Shown in pieces: positions 26,543 through 39,261 of a stretch of DNA of 64,000 nt (position 1 is its first letter; each line of letters begins with the position of its first letter). The stretch lies in the NCBI GenBank assembly GCA_050084515.1, contig CM114271.1, forward strand, positions 38,130,001 to 38,194,000, read 5' to 3'. A program made the translations under genes and the position numbers. Below the pieces are notes generated by a model, which searched no databases, was not told the origin of the DNA, and was given only the letters and a program-made list of their open reading frames with translations. The DNA is from Blasia pusilla. Lineage: Eukaryota.

Positions 26543-27130
26543 TTACAAAACTATGTGCACATTCACTACCACGCCTTCACGCGCTCTAGTCTTTCAGATC
26601 TCCTTAGCTGCATGTGGCCTCAGGGTGGCTTCCAAACCCCTTGAGATCGGGGATGCAACCTTGGGTGACTGTATGGGTGTTTTACCCTGTTTCTTTGCAG
26701 ATAAAGCTCCATAGTTCCACTCAGATACTTTGGGTCTCTTGCGCTGGTAACCTGGAGACCCTTCCGGTTCTACGTTAACCTGCTTGGATTTTTCGCAGCC
26801 CTTGATAGATCTCGATATTTAACCCTTGTTTGAACCTGGATCTTCTCCTACAATAGGGAGAAAGCGCCTTCGCGCGTCCTTGAAGTCTACAACATTTGAA
26901 GGATCGTATTTAGTGTCCCAAGGAGGGCAGACGTCAAGATGTGTCTTTCTTCAAGCACTTAAGCGGATGCAGTCCTCTTGAGGCATTGGAGACAACGGGG
27001 AGCTCTCTGAAAGCTCCGCATCCGGAGGCTTTATACCATATCCCTTCTGCGATGAAGGCACTCTGGAGATACTTTTCCCCTTTCCCTGCGTCGATTTCTT
27101 GGCTGTTATTCTAGTTGCTATGGTAGCTTC
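26543..27130 (-). pseudogene. Unidentified K/S/P-rich coding remnant
   Basis: One frame of 196 codons with three internal stops (TGA, TAA, TGA): EATIATRITAKKSTQGKGK...PPWDTKYDPSNVVDFKDARRRF...QRKRPKVSEWNYG. Confidence 0.35.
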
Positions 27131-27676
27131 ACAATAGAGTTTGTTTTCTCACTTGCCTTGTTTGCACAGATGCTAGGGGCTTGGACTTGGTAGCCATTAA
27201 GACTCGTTGGGAGCTGGAAGAAAGTGAGTGAACGGGGATGCCTAGAGCTGTTGGTGGAAACCTGGCGCAGCTGTTGGGATGCGTGGAGCTGCTATTGGGA
27301 TGTTGCGAGCTGTTGTCCGAGGCCGCAATGCTTTTATCTCTTAGAGCCTAAGACTCCATCACTGGTGGACCTCCTAGAGAACCATGAGACATGCGCCAGA
27401 GATTAGTTCAATGCCAATAGTCTACATTGTAGAAGTGTAGATTACAAAAAACAAAACAATGAACTACAATTGTAAGCTCATGGAAGCTAAATAAAGCTCA
27501 GAATACATTTGCAATGGCACTATCTTGCATAGTAGAGGCAGTGAGTATGAATACCTTGACAGAGCATAACTGAACCTCGCAGGGAATTTTGCATGCAATA
27601 AATACTAAGGATTCTTCAAGTTCGAAAATTCTTCAAGGCGCCAAACCCCCCGTGCCCCTCATAGGCCTTCCTGAAC

Positions 27677-30600
27677 CAGGGTCCGGGGAGTTTTTTTACT
27701 CAGAGGGGGTAAATTTCTGGCAGTACGTTGAATAGACCGGTAATTAAAAATTTTTAACCGGTTTGAAAAGGTAATATTTGAAACTCCCGGGAAATTTCTG
27801 GAGTTTTTTTAAAGTGTTCAGAAATTTTCCGAAATTTTATTATTCTCGCCAGTTCATTTCTGATTGCTCGGAATGTTGTTGAGTTGATATCCGGCACTTG
27901 AAAAACTAACCGGAAAATTTTTTTCACGTACTCTTGGACTTAAGCCTCTTTTCATTTCTTCTCCACTTCTGGAGTCTTGGACCTCAATGTTAATGCAAAC
28001 ATTCACTTCAAAGTTCACACTTTCTTTTAGTGCCCTTTTAGTGCATCATCCTTGGCAGGAATTGAACCTGGCTAGGCCTCCCACCAGTTGGGAGCCAAGG
28101 ATTTTACCCCTCTATAATACATCGAAGCTTTTAGTAAAAGCTTCAATGTATTAGAAAAGGGACCCCCTTATCCCTACCACTAAGCTTTTCCCCCTCATCT
28201 TACACATCCACAACAACTTCACTTGGGTCTAAGGCATTTAAATTTACGCGAACTTCTGGTGGAATTTCTATCTCAGGAATATATCTCTCGGGATTGGCAT
28301 ACACATACCTAAAGTGTGCTGAATTCTTCCAAAGAACTACAGATTCAACCTTCATAATCATCTATTTTCCCCTCCAAGGCAATCCTAAGAACAACATCCA
28401 AATGCTTTGTCATTAACCTATTCCTACTTTTAGTCTTGATCACATTCTGCACAAAGAAATCTCTCTCACAAATAGCAGTACTAACACACTGTACCCTAGC
28501 AATATTCGCTAAAATGAGCAAGTTAGAGAACTTACATTGCAAGGACGGGCTCCAACTTACCATAGCCCACAAGTCCTTGAAGTTCCGATCTTTCCACTCC
28601 GTCGTGGCCATGAGCTTAAATGATTGAAACTCTTATTTCACAGCTCCTACACTCAGTAAAGAAGGTTGCAAGTGACCTTCGAAGGGTAAGTCTGTCCCAA
28701 AATGTGCACAGAGGTCATCCAATTCCTTACAACCCCAAATATTTAGTCCCACTTGCCTTGAAGGCATGTGTAGAGGATTCATTATCCTTGTAGCACTAAT
28801 CAAGTTGTTATCCCTAAACCAATCTCGTAAAGCTACACAAACACTCTCAAAAAAATTCTTCTGAAACAACAAGGCAGCCTCTAGATCCTTTCCTGTCCGA
28901 TTCCTCAACATTTCTATGCTGTGGAACTTTCTGCCCCTAATCTCAGATTGTAAACGTTTCAAGTAATCCCCTGGAGGACCAAAGTGTGGTAGAATGTGAT
29001 AACCACTTTCTTTAGAGAAAGTGGAGGCATTCAGATCAGGGTTCTCCATTACAAAATTCATTGTTATGGAAGCTATTTCAGAATTCACTATACTACCTAT
29101 GGTACTAACATCTACAAACTTATATTGGAACACCTTACTCAAGTTAGCAAGAAGAAACAAAATATCTTCCAAAAAGTACAGCTGATAGATCATCTGAAAT
29201 GATCTGAGTTTGTTATACAAATTTGCAGCATTACCATCATCTTCCGAGGGCGAGATATCTCTGAAATATGTAAGGACAGATTCCAATGAGTCACATAAAG
29301 TAGTAATAGCCTGCCAACGTGACAACCAGCAAATCTTGTGGTACCTCTTCATCACTTTCTGAGAATCGTTCAACTTCTCTTGCAAAGTTGCAAGACCGCA
29401 CTTCCTCTTGGACGACCTTCTGAAATATCCAGCTACAGCATTCAAGATAGAATCTACTTCTATCGATATTTCCTTACACCCTACACCTTTTGCTGTTGTT
29501 AAAGCAGGGAGATTTGTCCTGTGCGCCACACAATGCACAGACAACATAAAAGGATTGAACTTCTGTTTCAGTTGAGATGCTACTCTGTTTTGGCTTCCTA
29601 CCATAGTAGAAGCTCCATCGGATCCAAAGGCCACCACTTTTGATCCCTCAAGTCCCAAATCCTTTATCAACTCCAACAAATTGTTAGTGATTGCGTTTGA
29701 ACATTTCTCTGGACATTGTAGCAATTCTATAAAACAACTCTCTACCTGCCCATCATCTAAGTAAGTTGCAAATACAACAAGGTGTCCAATGACGGATATT
29801 TCTGTGGACTCGTCAATCATTATCCCAAAGAAAGGAGATTGTTGCACTTTAGAAAGGTTCCTCCTGAGAAGAACTTGGCTTATATAATAACACATATCAG
29901 CACAACTTTTTTCATCTTGGTACAAGTCGCGGGTTATAGGTGTATTCACAGAAATCAATAACCTACAAAAATTTGAAAACTTTGAAAATGGCAAGGCTTC
30001 CTTTGCAACGAAATATGCATATTTGAACAAAGTCAAAAGTGCAATATCATAAGTCCGATTTGTAGTGGCTATAGCCTTGGCCATGGATCTGTTCCCCACA
30101 TTCGCAGCCCATGCAAGCTTCATGTGCTCATTAGACTTACCATGATCTGTGAAGGCCGAAATCTTACAATTAATGGCACCATCCCTAGCAAAGGAGCTTT
30201 TCCCCTTACCTTGTCTACAAACTTCGCAAAAAATCCGACCAGATTCTACATGGAATTCTATCCAATCGAACAAAGTATACCAAACATCCTTCCAAGCCAA
30301 TCTGTTTTTCTCACTCTGACTTGTCCGAGTATTTGATTTATCCCCTTCTCTCCCATCCGATGATCCTGACCTACTGTTCTCCTCTGCAAAGTCTTGACTA
30401 ACTTCCTTGTGTAGCATCTCATTCATTGTTTGCTGTCTCTTAGCCATGTAGAGGCTCAGAGAGTGTAGAACTATGAGGTAGATACTAAAATATGGTGTAA
30501 AGGACCTACTATAAACCTGTCACTTAGTAGGTGCTAAAGAAACAAAGGAGCTCAAGAAAATGCGGATCAAAAAAGTTCTTAAACCCCAAGACTCGGCAAA

Positions 30601-32556
30601 AGATACTATGAGCCAATGCAATGTGTTATCAAACACACATGATTCCGTAAAGTCCCTAATCCCGGCTCGGATTCACTCTTTCTAAGGATCCCGAGGTACG
30701 GTGCGCGTGTAGGTAGAACGGGTAGTTTGGGTTACTCGCTCTTCAAACTGTCAAAAAGTAGCGGAGTGGCCGTTGTTGCCATGAGATGCGCAACTGCCAC
30801 TCCTCCTTTGCTTTCTCCCTAAACCCGCTAACGGAGAAATCAGGGTATGAAGTCCTATGTAGTTGAAATGAATAGATCCAAAGTACAGGTTTAAGAAGAA
30901 TGTAACCACGATTAGGAAAAATGCCAGCAATTACCTTGCGTGGATCACTCCAACGGATCAGACAATCAAGACTCGTTAAGGAATCCCTGGAATATTGGTA
31001 CACAGAACGAGAATCACATCCATCCCATCGTCGTCAAATTGAAGACACTCCCCGATGGAGTGGTGGCGTCTTGAATTGGGTCGTTTGAAGGTGAGAAGAC
31101 ACAAAAGGAATACCAGAGACGAACTACTTGCGGTGCCAATGCTACTTAAGCCGCTGCGGTGATGATTCTGGTCTTACGTGCGGTGAGCGTGGATCAAATC
31201 TGAACACGCAACCTTCGATTCTTGATCGATGCTTTCCGACTTAGCTATTCCCTTGAAGGACTTACAAAAGAGGAGAGATGGGGTGAAGACAAGTATCCTA
31301 ATCATCTAGAGTGCATCAGCAATTGCAAGTTCAAGAAGTGTCCTATTCTTCATTCCCCTTAGCATCCGTATCTCTGAATTCTCAACACTTCTACATTATC
31401 AGCAAGTGCAAGTTCAAGTGTGGTGTAAGAACGAACTGGATCACCGGCAGCTAATCAGCAAGAGCAAGCAATGGGGAATGTAACCTTGCTGTCAAGCTTT
31501 TTGTGAGCGCGAATGCCTGCATTTGCAAGATCTTGGCGATTGCAAGCGTCTTTGTCAAGTGAATTGGCTCTAGACGTCGACTCTGTTAAGGAGATGTGGC
31601 AGCGGAAGCCAATAATCAATAACTGGAGCACAGACTAAGGCCCAAACAAACTAAGTCCAGGGGGCAACTTACAGCAGTGGCATCGAGTGAATCATAGTCG
31701 GAAATTGAATCAAGCTCCAGGAGCTAGTCGTTAGCTAGGACTCTCGGTGAATCGTGGCTATTGCTATCTCCATGGACCCGGGACCTCCATTGAACTCTCA
31801 GTTCTTGGTTCAGCAAGACCCACCCTTCGCCCGACACTGTATCCCTGTTCCTCCGTTGTAATTCTTTTCTCTCGAACCCAACCAAAGTGTGCAACTCAAA
31901 AAAATGCACAGAGCGAGCAGCAAGGAGAAAGCGCGAACACACACCTAGCTCGCATCGACGCAAAGCAACAAAGGAGGGGCTAGCCTTTCTGTCGAACCCA
32001 ATCAAGTCTGCAAACAAAAGCACAGAGCGAGCAGCAACGAGAAAGCGCGAAGGGGTTAGCCTAAAAAACACTGAGGCTCCGAGCTCGCAGCGACGCGAAG
32101 GAACAAACGAGAGAGCGAGGAGTCGAGGTGAGAAATTCAGAAGCAGGGAGGCATGGAAATGCCAGCCCCTCCACTCTACCCCCTCGGAGTCTCGTCCAGA
32201 GTCCAGACTCCATGCCCGAGTCGCCCGAGTCGTGGTGGCTTGCCCTAAGATGGAGGGGCTTGATCTAATCTAATATTTTCTAGTTTTCCGGCAGCCGGAA
32301 ATTGAGGCGGCAGCAAACCGGAATGACCGTTTTGGCTGACAACCAGAATCCGAATAGGCTTCCGTCGGAACGGCGTATTTCCGGCGCCTATTCCCTCGGA
32401 TTCAGTCAAAAACCGTCCCAAGCCTTTCCGTCCAGCAAGTTTCCGGGATACCTCGAACCCCTGTCAGAATTGCATCCGGAAAGCTCGAACACGGCCCAGA
32501 ATTCTTTGATTTTTCCGGCTAGGTCTACACGTAGCCCCGGTTCTGGCCGTTCATTG
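27677..32556 (-). mobile_element. Full-length 4880-bp hAT DNA transposon
   Basis: Perfect 8-bp TSD tcctgaac (27669-27676, 32557-32564); imperfect TIRs CAGGGTCCGGGGAG / CAATGAACGGCCAG; ccgg-rich subterminal regions; internal transposase. Confidence 0.92.
28200..30447 (-). pseudogene. hAT transposase (ZNF862/C17orf113-like), nearly intact
   Basis: 604-aa ORF with TTF-like zinc finger (CEVC...H...H), IMIDEST, SDGASTMVG, HCVAHR, WLSR. An in-frame TAA at 28633 precedes the dimerisation domain (STAICERDF); a frameshift near 28347 restores VESVVLWKN...VDV*. Confidence 0.9.
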
Positions 32557-32737
32557 TCCTGAACTACCTCCCATATCAACGGTTCCCTTCAAAAAGAGTC
32601 CGTGCATCGACGGCTCGCGTTCAAAAAACAATAACGGTTTTCACTACTCTCAAATCCCTGAAACCCAAAAAATAAACAACATGCGTAAGCGTGTTAGAAC
32701 TTAAGTGACGAAAATTGTCAAGACGTGGAACTTTCCG

Positions 32738-32775
32738 TGGGGAGAAGGCACTCTCCCATAATAGTATAGTATAGA
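32738..32775 (-). mobile_element. Helitron 5' terminus
   Basis: Minus strand A|TCTATACTATACTATTATGGGAGAG with an adjacent small hairpin; similar terminus TCTACATTCTTATGGGAGAG at 38756. Confidence 0.55.
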
Positions 32776-32869
32776 TTACTTGCCCGGATTTTGGTGCCCA
32801 TTCAAACCGACCCTACGGGCACTAAACGCCTGCAGGACGACGTTTATTGCTTTCGGTGACACGCCCCAT

Positions 32870-33910
32870 TCGCCCCCGCCCAGTGCGACGAGTTTCACTA
32901 TTTAGGGTCTGGGAGCGTGGAGCATGGGTGAGAGTACCCATTTTTGCACGGCGATGGCGGGTTCCGTTGAGCGTCAGCTGATGAGAGCGGCGGAGCGGCG
33001 CACCATCTCCGGAGTGAGCTGTTTCCCGAGTGAGGTGGAATGGTGAGATGCGTGTGAGGAGAGGAATGGAGGGAATCGCGAGGAGGACGAGTCTAGGGTT
33101 GAGGAGGTGGAAGGGCAGGCTTGTCTACGTCAGAAAGAAGACGATACTTCTAGATCTTCGAACAATTTTCGGCCATAGTGCTCTCTTTCTGCCGAAACGG
33201 CAAATGCCTGGAGACACGGTTGTAGCACATGGCCGAAGATTGCGTGGGGATCTGGGCGCATTTTCTTACCATCCACGATCAGCTGAAGTGCTTCATCAGT
33301 CTAGAAAGAATGAAGGGGGCACCACTGGTATCCAAGTTTATTTTCTGTGTGGGTCTAGCACCGACGATGAACAACTCGTTTTGGAGCAGAATTTGTAGTC
33401 ATCTCATTGAAATGTTATAAATTGTGTTTCCATCGCTTCTAAGAGTCGTGAAGACACATGCGTGTTACCTGGAACTGTCTTCGGAAGACTCGCACCTCTT
33501 CCTTAGATCAAAGGTCGCGTGACTAGCGGGACGCAGCGTCTTTTGTTGTTCCCCTATCTATTGGAAGTCTGATCAGTCTAGAAAGGACGATTAGATCAAC
33601 CCTGTGAGCCAAGTCCTTTCTCATAATAAGCTTTCGAGCTGCCCGGATAATACATGAGTGCTTCTGTAGCTTTGTCTGAGTCATCTCACATGAGCCTAAG
33701 AACTTAGGGTTTCACTGCCTCGAAGTATTGTGAAGGCTGTTCCAAGTGTCTGAGGACAGCGTCCTTGTCCGAAGGATGTGGCTATCTGCACACCGAAGGG
33801 TGTGCAGATCGCCGTTTAGTCCGTCCTCATGTTTTTCCTCGGTCACGAGATGTTGAGTGGAGCAAGATTACGGACGAAAGAAGCTGTTGAGCAGCGCGTA
33901 CAAATGTCTA
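32870..33910 (+). repeat. Copy B of the unidentified ~260-nt-unit locus
   Basis: Colinear with 7270-8460; identical blocks gcacggcgatggcgg, gaatttgtagtcatctcat, atacatgagtgcttctgtag, gaaagaagctgttgagcagcgc. Confidence 0.75.
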
Positions 33911-36149
33911 AAGCTGAATGTGTAGATACCTCATAAATAAAGGAAAGAAAGTGTAGCTGAATGTGTAAATTATCTCACAGAAAGAAGAAATAAACTATCT
34001 GGAAATGCCTGGCTGCTTATGTCATCGGAATGTCTAGACTTCCAAACATCTAACCATGTAGCTGTCAAATACTGCAAAGAAAACTTCATATCCAGTACAA
34101 TGTACACCACTAACCACTAATAACTGACAGATGAAATTAGATGGACCTACAAGAAAAATATTTCGTCGTTGTGGCACGTCTAATTTTCACTTGTTCATTC
34201 ACACGTTCAAATAACTTTGGTAGGCAAGCAACAGAAGAGTATTAGGGTAGTATTAGGGTCTATGCTTCCGCATAAACCTTTTCAATAGAGGGAGTATATG
34301 ATCATGGTCCTTCTATGCTTCTCCGTCGCTAGCCTGGCAACAGAAGCATTAGGGTAGAGTGAATATAACCTCTCTATGCTTTGCCATACCCCCTTATAAT
34401 AGAGGGACTATATGATCAAAGTCCCTCTACGCCTTTGCATAGTACGGGTGCTCTTCCTAGACTCACAATTTCGAACCGGTTGGGGAGATGAAAGAAGGAC
34501 AGGGAGCACAGAATATATTCGTCTACTTTTAGTCTCTGAAATGAAAGGACTTCTCAAGTTCTTTCATTTCAGAAATTTGTCTCTCGGTGTAAGTTTCGGA
34601 ATATTAGGTTTTCTTTATAATCATTCCTATCAATTGGAAAGAAGCTCGGTAGACATGTCTCACTGAAACGTCAATATGTACGTTGTCAAAAAATTGCGAA
34701 GACATTTGCTGTGGCAGATGCAACGTCTATCTATGATATCCAGGACTCCCACGGCAAATGTTCATCTTAAGAACATCAGCAATGCTACACCCACTCCTTT
34801 AAACCAACAAGATCCAGGAATTCAATTTGTCATAGAGAGAATGACAAATCTCTAGAAATCTACATTGGTCATTTTACTCTCTCGTTTTACTGTTCTATGA
34901 AATGCCCTTGTGAAGTCTTACACAGGGACCCCGAATTTTCCAGAGTTGAGCGAAGCTTGCTCAATCTTGTCTGATATCTGTCATCTCTGATACGGCGGCG
35001 TAATCAACAAATCATGCTATTATGCAGAGTGTACAATGAAGAAGATGAGCCTTCTCAGATTGCGAGGAATGATTCCTCGTCCCCATAGCCCAAGGAAGTC
35101 TTAAAAAATGCTATAGGGCAAGTGTTTGTAATGATGAATTATTTAAGTCTGAAATCTTTTGCATTTAGAGAACAGGTCTGAGGGTCAAGCACCTCAAATC
35201 AATACGTTTCGTATCCTTTCTCACTCGGTGCGGAAAGCCAACTGGTAATTGAGAGGATTGAAATTGTGATAATGGCTTCTGCATTGCAGCAACGCATACA
35301 CAAATAGGAGTTGACAGTAGACAAATTCAGACTACGTAGATCCAAGAATCGGAGAAGGTACACAATTCGAAGGTAGAGGGAGTGATCGAGATTGTATTAT
35401 GAGCGGTCCATTCTGAGGTTAGATTCCATGCGAAACGTCCTTCTGCCTTGCTCTTCTCTTGATGCTTGCTTGCATTATTGCATTCTAGACCAGCGTCTGG
35501 TTGGCCTCAAAACTTTCATATTTTGAGATTAAAGTCCTCATCTAAAGGAATGACATACCACACTCACTTCGGCTATGCAGATGGCGACCTCGGAGATCGC
35601 TTTTGTCTTCATCGATCCCCTCTAAACTGACAGTGGATGAGCACAACTTGAAAATCTCCGACATCGGTCAGCCAACCCGAGAAATGTCAGAAATATACTT
35701 CTCAAAAATTGTGAGTTTCATATCGTCCACCTCATAGGAAAGTGCTAGCAGTGACGTGATTTCTCCTCTTTCTGTTTCATTAAGTAGACAGTGCAACTCG
35801 ACAGGGAAATCAGTTTCTCCATAAACGAGGAAGTGGTCACTTCCGGAATACGTGGCTTACGATGTCGTTCGTTCATGATCCTGCACAGACATGGATTTTC
35901 ATTTTGACGCAGGGATTAGTAAACTCTCATCACTCTATATATGATCTTGCTTGTGTAATTCTCATGAAATCAATTGCCAGTACTTCTAAGTTGGGTGATC
36001 TTGATAAAAAAAACTTCAACAACGAAAGCTCGTGGCTTTCGTTGTAGAGAGAAAGCTAAGCTTGTTCGCTTCTTAGAAAATGCTCTGGAGGATTTAACTA
36101 CATCACCTTATGAAGACCCCTTCAAGGTTTCAACCATATGCTTTTCATG

Positions 36150-37250
36150 GTAAATAATAACTCCTAGGTAGGTGGGATCATCATTCATCACATGATCTTA
36201 ACTTCTAATGCAAGGTCTAGGAAGTTCTTCCTCCCATGTCCATATTTTTCTCATCGTAAGATTTTGTCGAGATTTTTTCCTAGCTTTTTTCTAACACTTT
36301 AGGATCGCTATAGTTCTCTTAGAACTCTTCCGATGTTTCAAAAGTGAAAATTCTACACTTAGCTTAAGGTTAGAATTAACGAATTTTCCCTATTGCTAGC
36401 TACTCGCAAGATCAAGCACTTGATAAGTTTAGCCTTCTATTGAGATAGGCAGAAGGCTCATTGTGAAGTTGAATAGAAGTCTAGGCAAGTTCCACATATG
36501 TCCTCATATTCATAAGAATTCACTTTGATCTAAATGATGGAGGGTAAGTATGTCATAGTCACTTCTCCAATGAAATCGTTCTATTGTTAGGGATTAGTTT
36601 AGGGATTGCCCCAAAGATTTTTTGTGGCGTGTTGTAGTTCTCACTTTGCTCCCCCTTATCTTTGATTGCTACCTTCATGAGTTTATGTCTTGCCTCAATC
36701 CAATTTTCGAGGTGTTCCTGAAAAACCTGAATAAGTAGCTTATTTTAGTGCCTCGAGCACTATTTGAACGAGACCAATGATAATGGGCAAGTGCTTACAA
36801 TGATCACAATTTTTGTGAGGTTTTGAGGATTATCATGTTCCTCATGGTAAATTCCCAAATGGCGGTGGCAAGATTTAGGGGTTCACCGCAAGGTATCATT
36901 CAAGATTGTGATTAGAACACAAAGATTAGTAGTTGCAATGAGAGATGAATCCCAAACTGTCTTGAACTCAAATTTTTGAATGTTAGTTATATACTTGAGT
37001 GGGTAGTATGATGTGCCCTCAACATTTGCAAAGAGTTGGGCAAGAATTCACACATGTTTAAGTGCATCATCAATTGTATAGGTCTACCAAACATGTTGTG
37101 CTTCCCAATTATTGCAAGCAGCATGAAGTACACGAATTTACGGTGCTTCCAATCGCCCTCATAAGAAAATGCATGTTAATCTTTTCAAAACTAGAAGACA
37201 TCATGACCAAAGTCATAGGCAGAAAGTTGGCCTTGTTATCATGTTGATTA
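36150..37250 (-). pseudogene. Very decayed DUF659-type hAT transposase remnant
   Basis: DNKANF (DNAAN-like, ~37240), FMLLAIIGK, KYGHGRKNFLDLALEV (dimerisation-like, ~36250) in the expected order. Confidence 0.4.
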
Positions 37251-38460
37251 AGAAGTTAAGAAGCTCCATGTGAAGCCTGTCATATACTCAATTATTTTCT
37301 AAGCTAAGATTTGAATAGAAAAGAGTTTTTTTAATGATAATAATAATTTGTTACAAAATAAATATAAGTTTAAAAATAAAAATCCAAAAACAAATGTACC
37401 TCCTTTTCATTATCAATTTGTTTTTTCGTCTTAGAAATGAAATTTATTAATTCAAAATTTAGGAAAAAAACTAAAACTTTTAATTTCAAGTTAATTATGG
37501 AAGGGAAATAACATATTACTTTAAAATATGGCATTTAATCTCTCCTTTTTGAGTTTTGATTGGGATGGACTTTTAAAGAATATTTTGAGACAAACTTTGG
37601 ATCAATATGAGTGAATTTTTTAATGATTGAGAAATTTTGAAGACTCCTATTAATTTTTTCCATGAATTCCTCATAGGGCTGTGTGCGCGGTGAATTTTGT
37701 TAAGCAGTTTCCTGTACTAAGCAGAAACAAGAATGGGTGAGGTTTTTATAATAATTAATCAATTATAATTAACTCAAATTCAAACATCTTCCACTATGAA
37801 ATCTTCTACAATATCATTTTAAAAAAATATTTCCTCATTTGAAAATTTGAAAATTTTTAAGGTTCATGCAAACGAAATTTAAAGTTCAGGTTTGACGGGA
37901 AATAATTTTTTCTTTTGGGAAAAAATGATAAAGATAATAGGACACAAATAGGACAAGAATTATTCTTCAAAACAAAGTAAGATATATTATATATATTTTT
38001 TTAAAATTTCAAGTTATATTGGGGGAAAAATTAATCCCTCTTTTGGGAAAAAAATCCTCAAGATAATTGATTCTTTTTTATTTATTGAAAGAAGGGATTG
38101 GAAAAGGGATAAATTATTTTTTCAAAATTAATAAAGGAAAATATATGAAAAACTGTCAAGTTAGATGTATTATAAAAAAAAATCTTTCTAATTTTTTTCA
38201 TCATTTTTAAAATTAAACATTATTCATAGTGTGTCCTCTAATTTCACATTATCGATTTCCAAATGTGCATTTTTTCATTCCTAATTATCTCACCCAAAAA
38301 ACTTACTAATTTCTTTAATAATCACTAGGGGCATGTCCATGCTGGTGACTATTGCCTCACATGGTTTAATTTTACCCTCCAGAAATCAGATTTCGGAGTA
38401 GTGAATAAACCCCTTAATCGCCCACTCCATCATCCCTACTTTCCCCTCCCAACTAATACA

Positions 38461-38813
38461 TTATGGGAGAAGTTAAATTTTTAACTTCTCCCATAAAATT
38501 GTTAATCTATTATCCAAAATACAACATGTGGCTTCGGGATCTTGACCTCGGGTTAACTAACTTGAGGATGAATAGGCGCGAGGGTGCCCGTCCTTTGAAT
38601 AAGTGAATGAAAATTAGTTCGAGAAGACAAAAACTTGGGTTTCAAAAGAAGTAAGTGGGGAGAACAACACCTGTCAATCAATTAGAGACCGAAAAAGATA
38701 GGTGTCACCGGAGGTATGACACCTTGTATAAGAGCGCTCTCCCATAAGAATGTAGATTTGATGACGTGCAAGGAAATTGAAGTGGGAGAAGTTAAATTTT
38801 TAACTTCTCCCAC
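38461..38813. repeat. Two copies of a perfect palindrome (38461-38496, 38782-38813)
   Basis: ttatgggagaagttaaa-tt-tttaacttctcccataa and gtgggagaagttaaa-tt-tttaacttctcccac. Confidence 0.85.
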
Positions 38814-39134
38814 AGCGACTGACAGGATCGATGTGCACAAGATTGAGAAGCTCGGGATGATCGAGTGACGACAATGGTGACAATTTTATCCTTTGGTGGA
38901 GTATGTATACGTTTTTTATAGTATTGATGCTACCCACACAAAAAAACATCTTTCTTTATACTTAGTGTCACGTGTAAGCCATGTATGTGTTTGCTAATAT
39001 CAAAAAAAAAAAAATCCAAAAAATTAAAAAATTGATAGCCAATTGAAAAACACCATTTTACTCTGTGCAGGTCCCGGCAAAGCGCCCTAACCCAGAACGC
39101 GTTTAATTTCTGGACGAAACTCCGTAAATAGTCC

Positions 39135-39174
39135 TACGGGGACTTCCGTACGGCGCTTTGAGCCGCCCTACTAG
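39135..39174 (+). mobile_element. Helitron 3' terminus
   Basis: Hairpins tacgg..ccgta and cggc..gccg, then cccta-CTAG|T. Confidence 0.55.
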
Positions 39175-39261
39175 TCAAGCAAATGCACATTAACCTTCTG
39201 TAGAGTCATGGGCGGAAAGCTTATCTGATTACAGAGGAGCGGGCCCAACACTTGAAATGAA

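Noticed and set aside
34600-35900. SGSDHFLV (APE endonuclease-like) on the minus strand
   Set aside because: No downstream RT motifs or sustained frame; cannot be supported.
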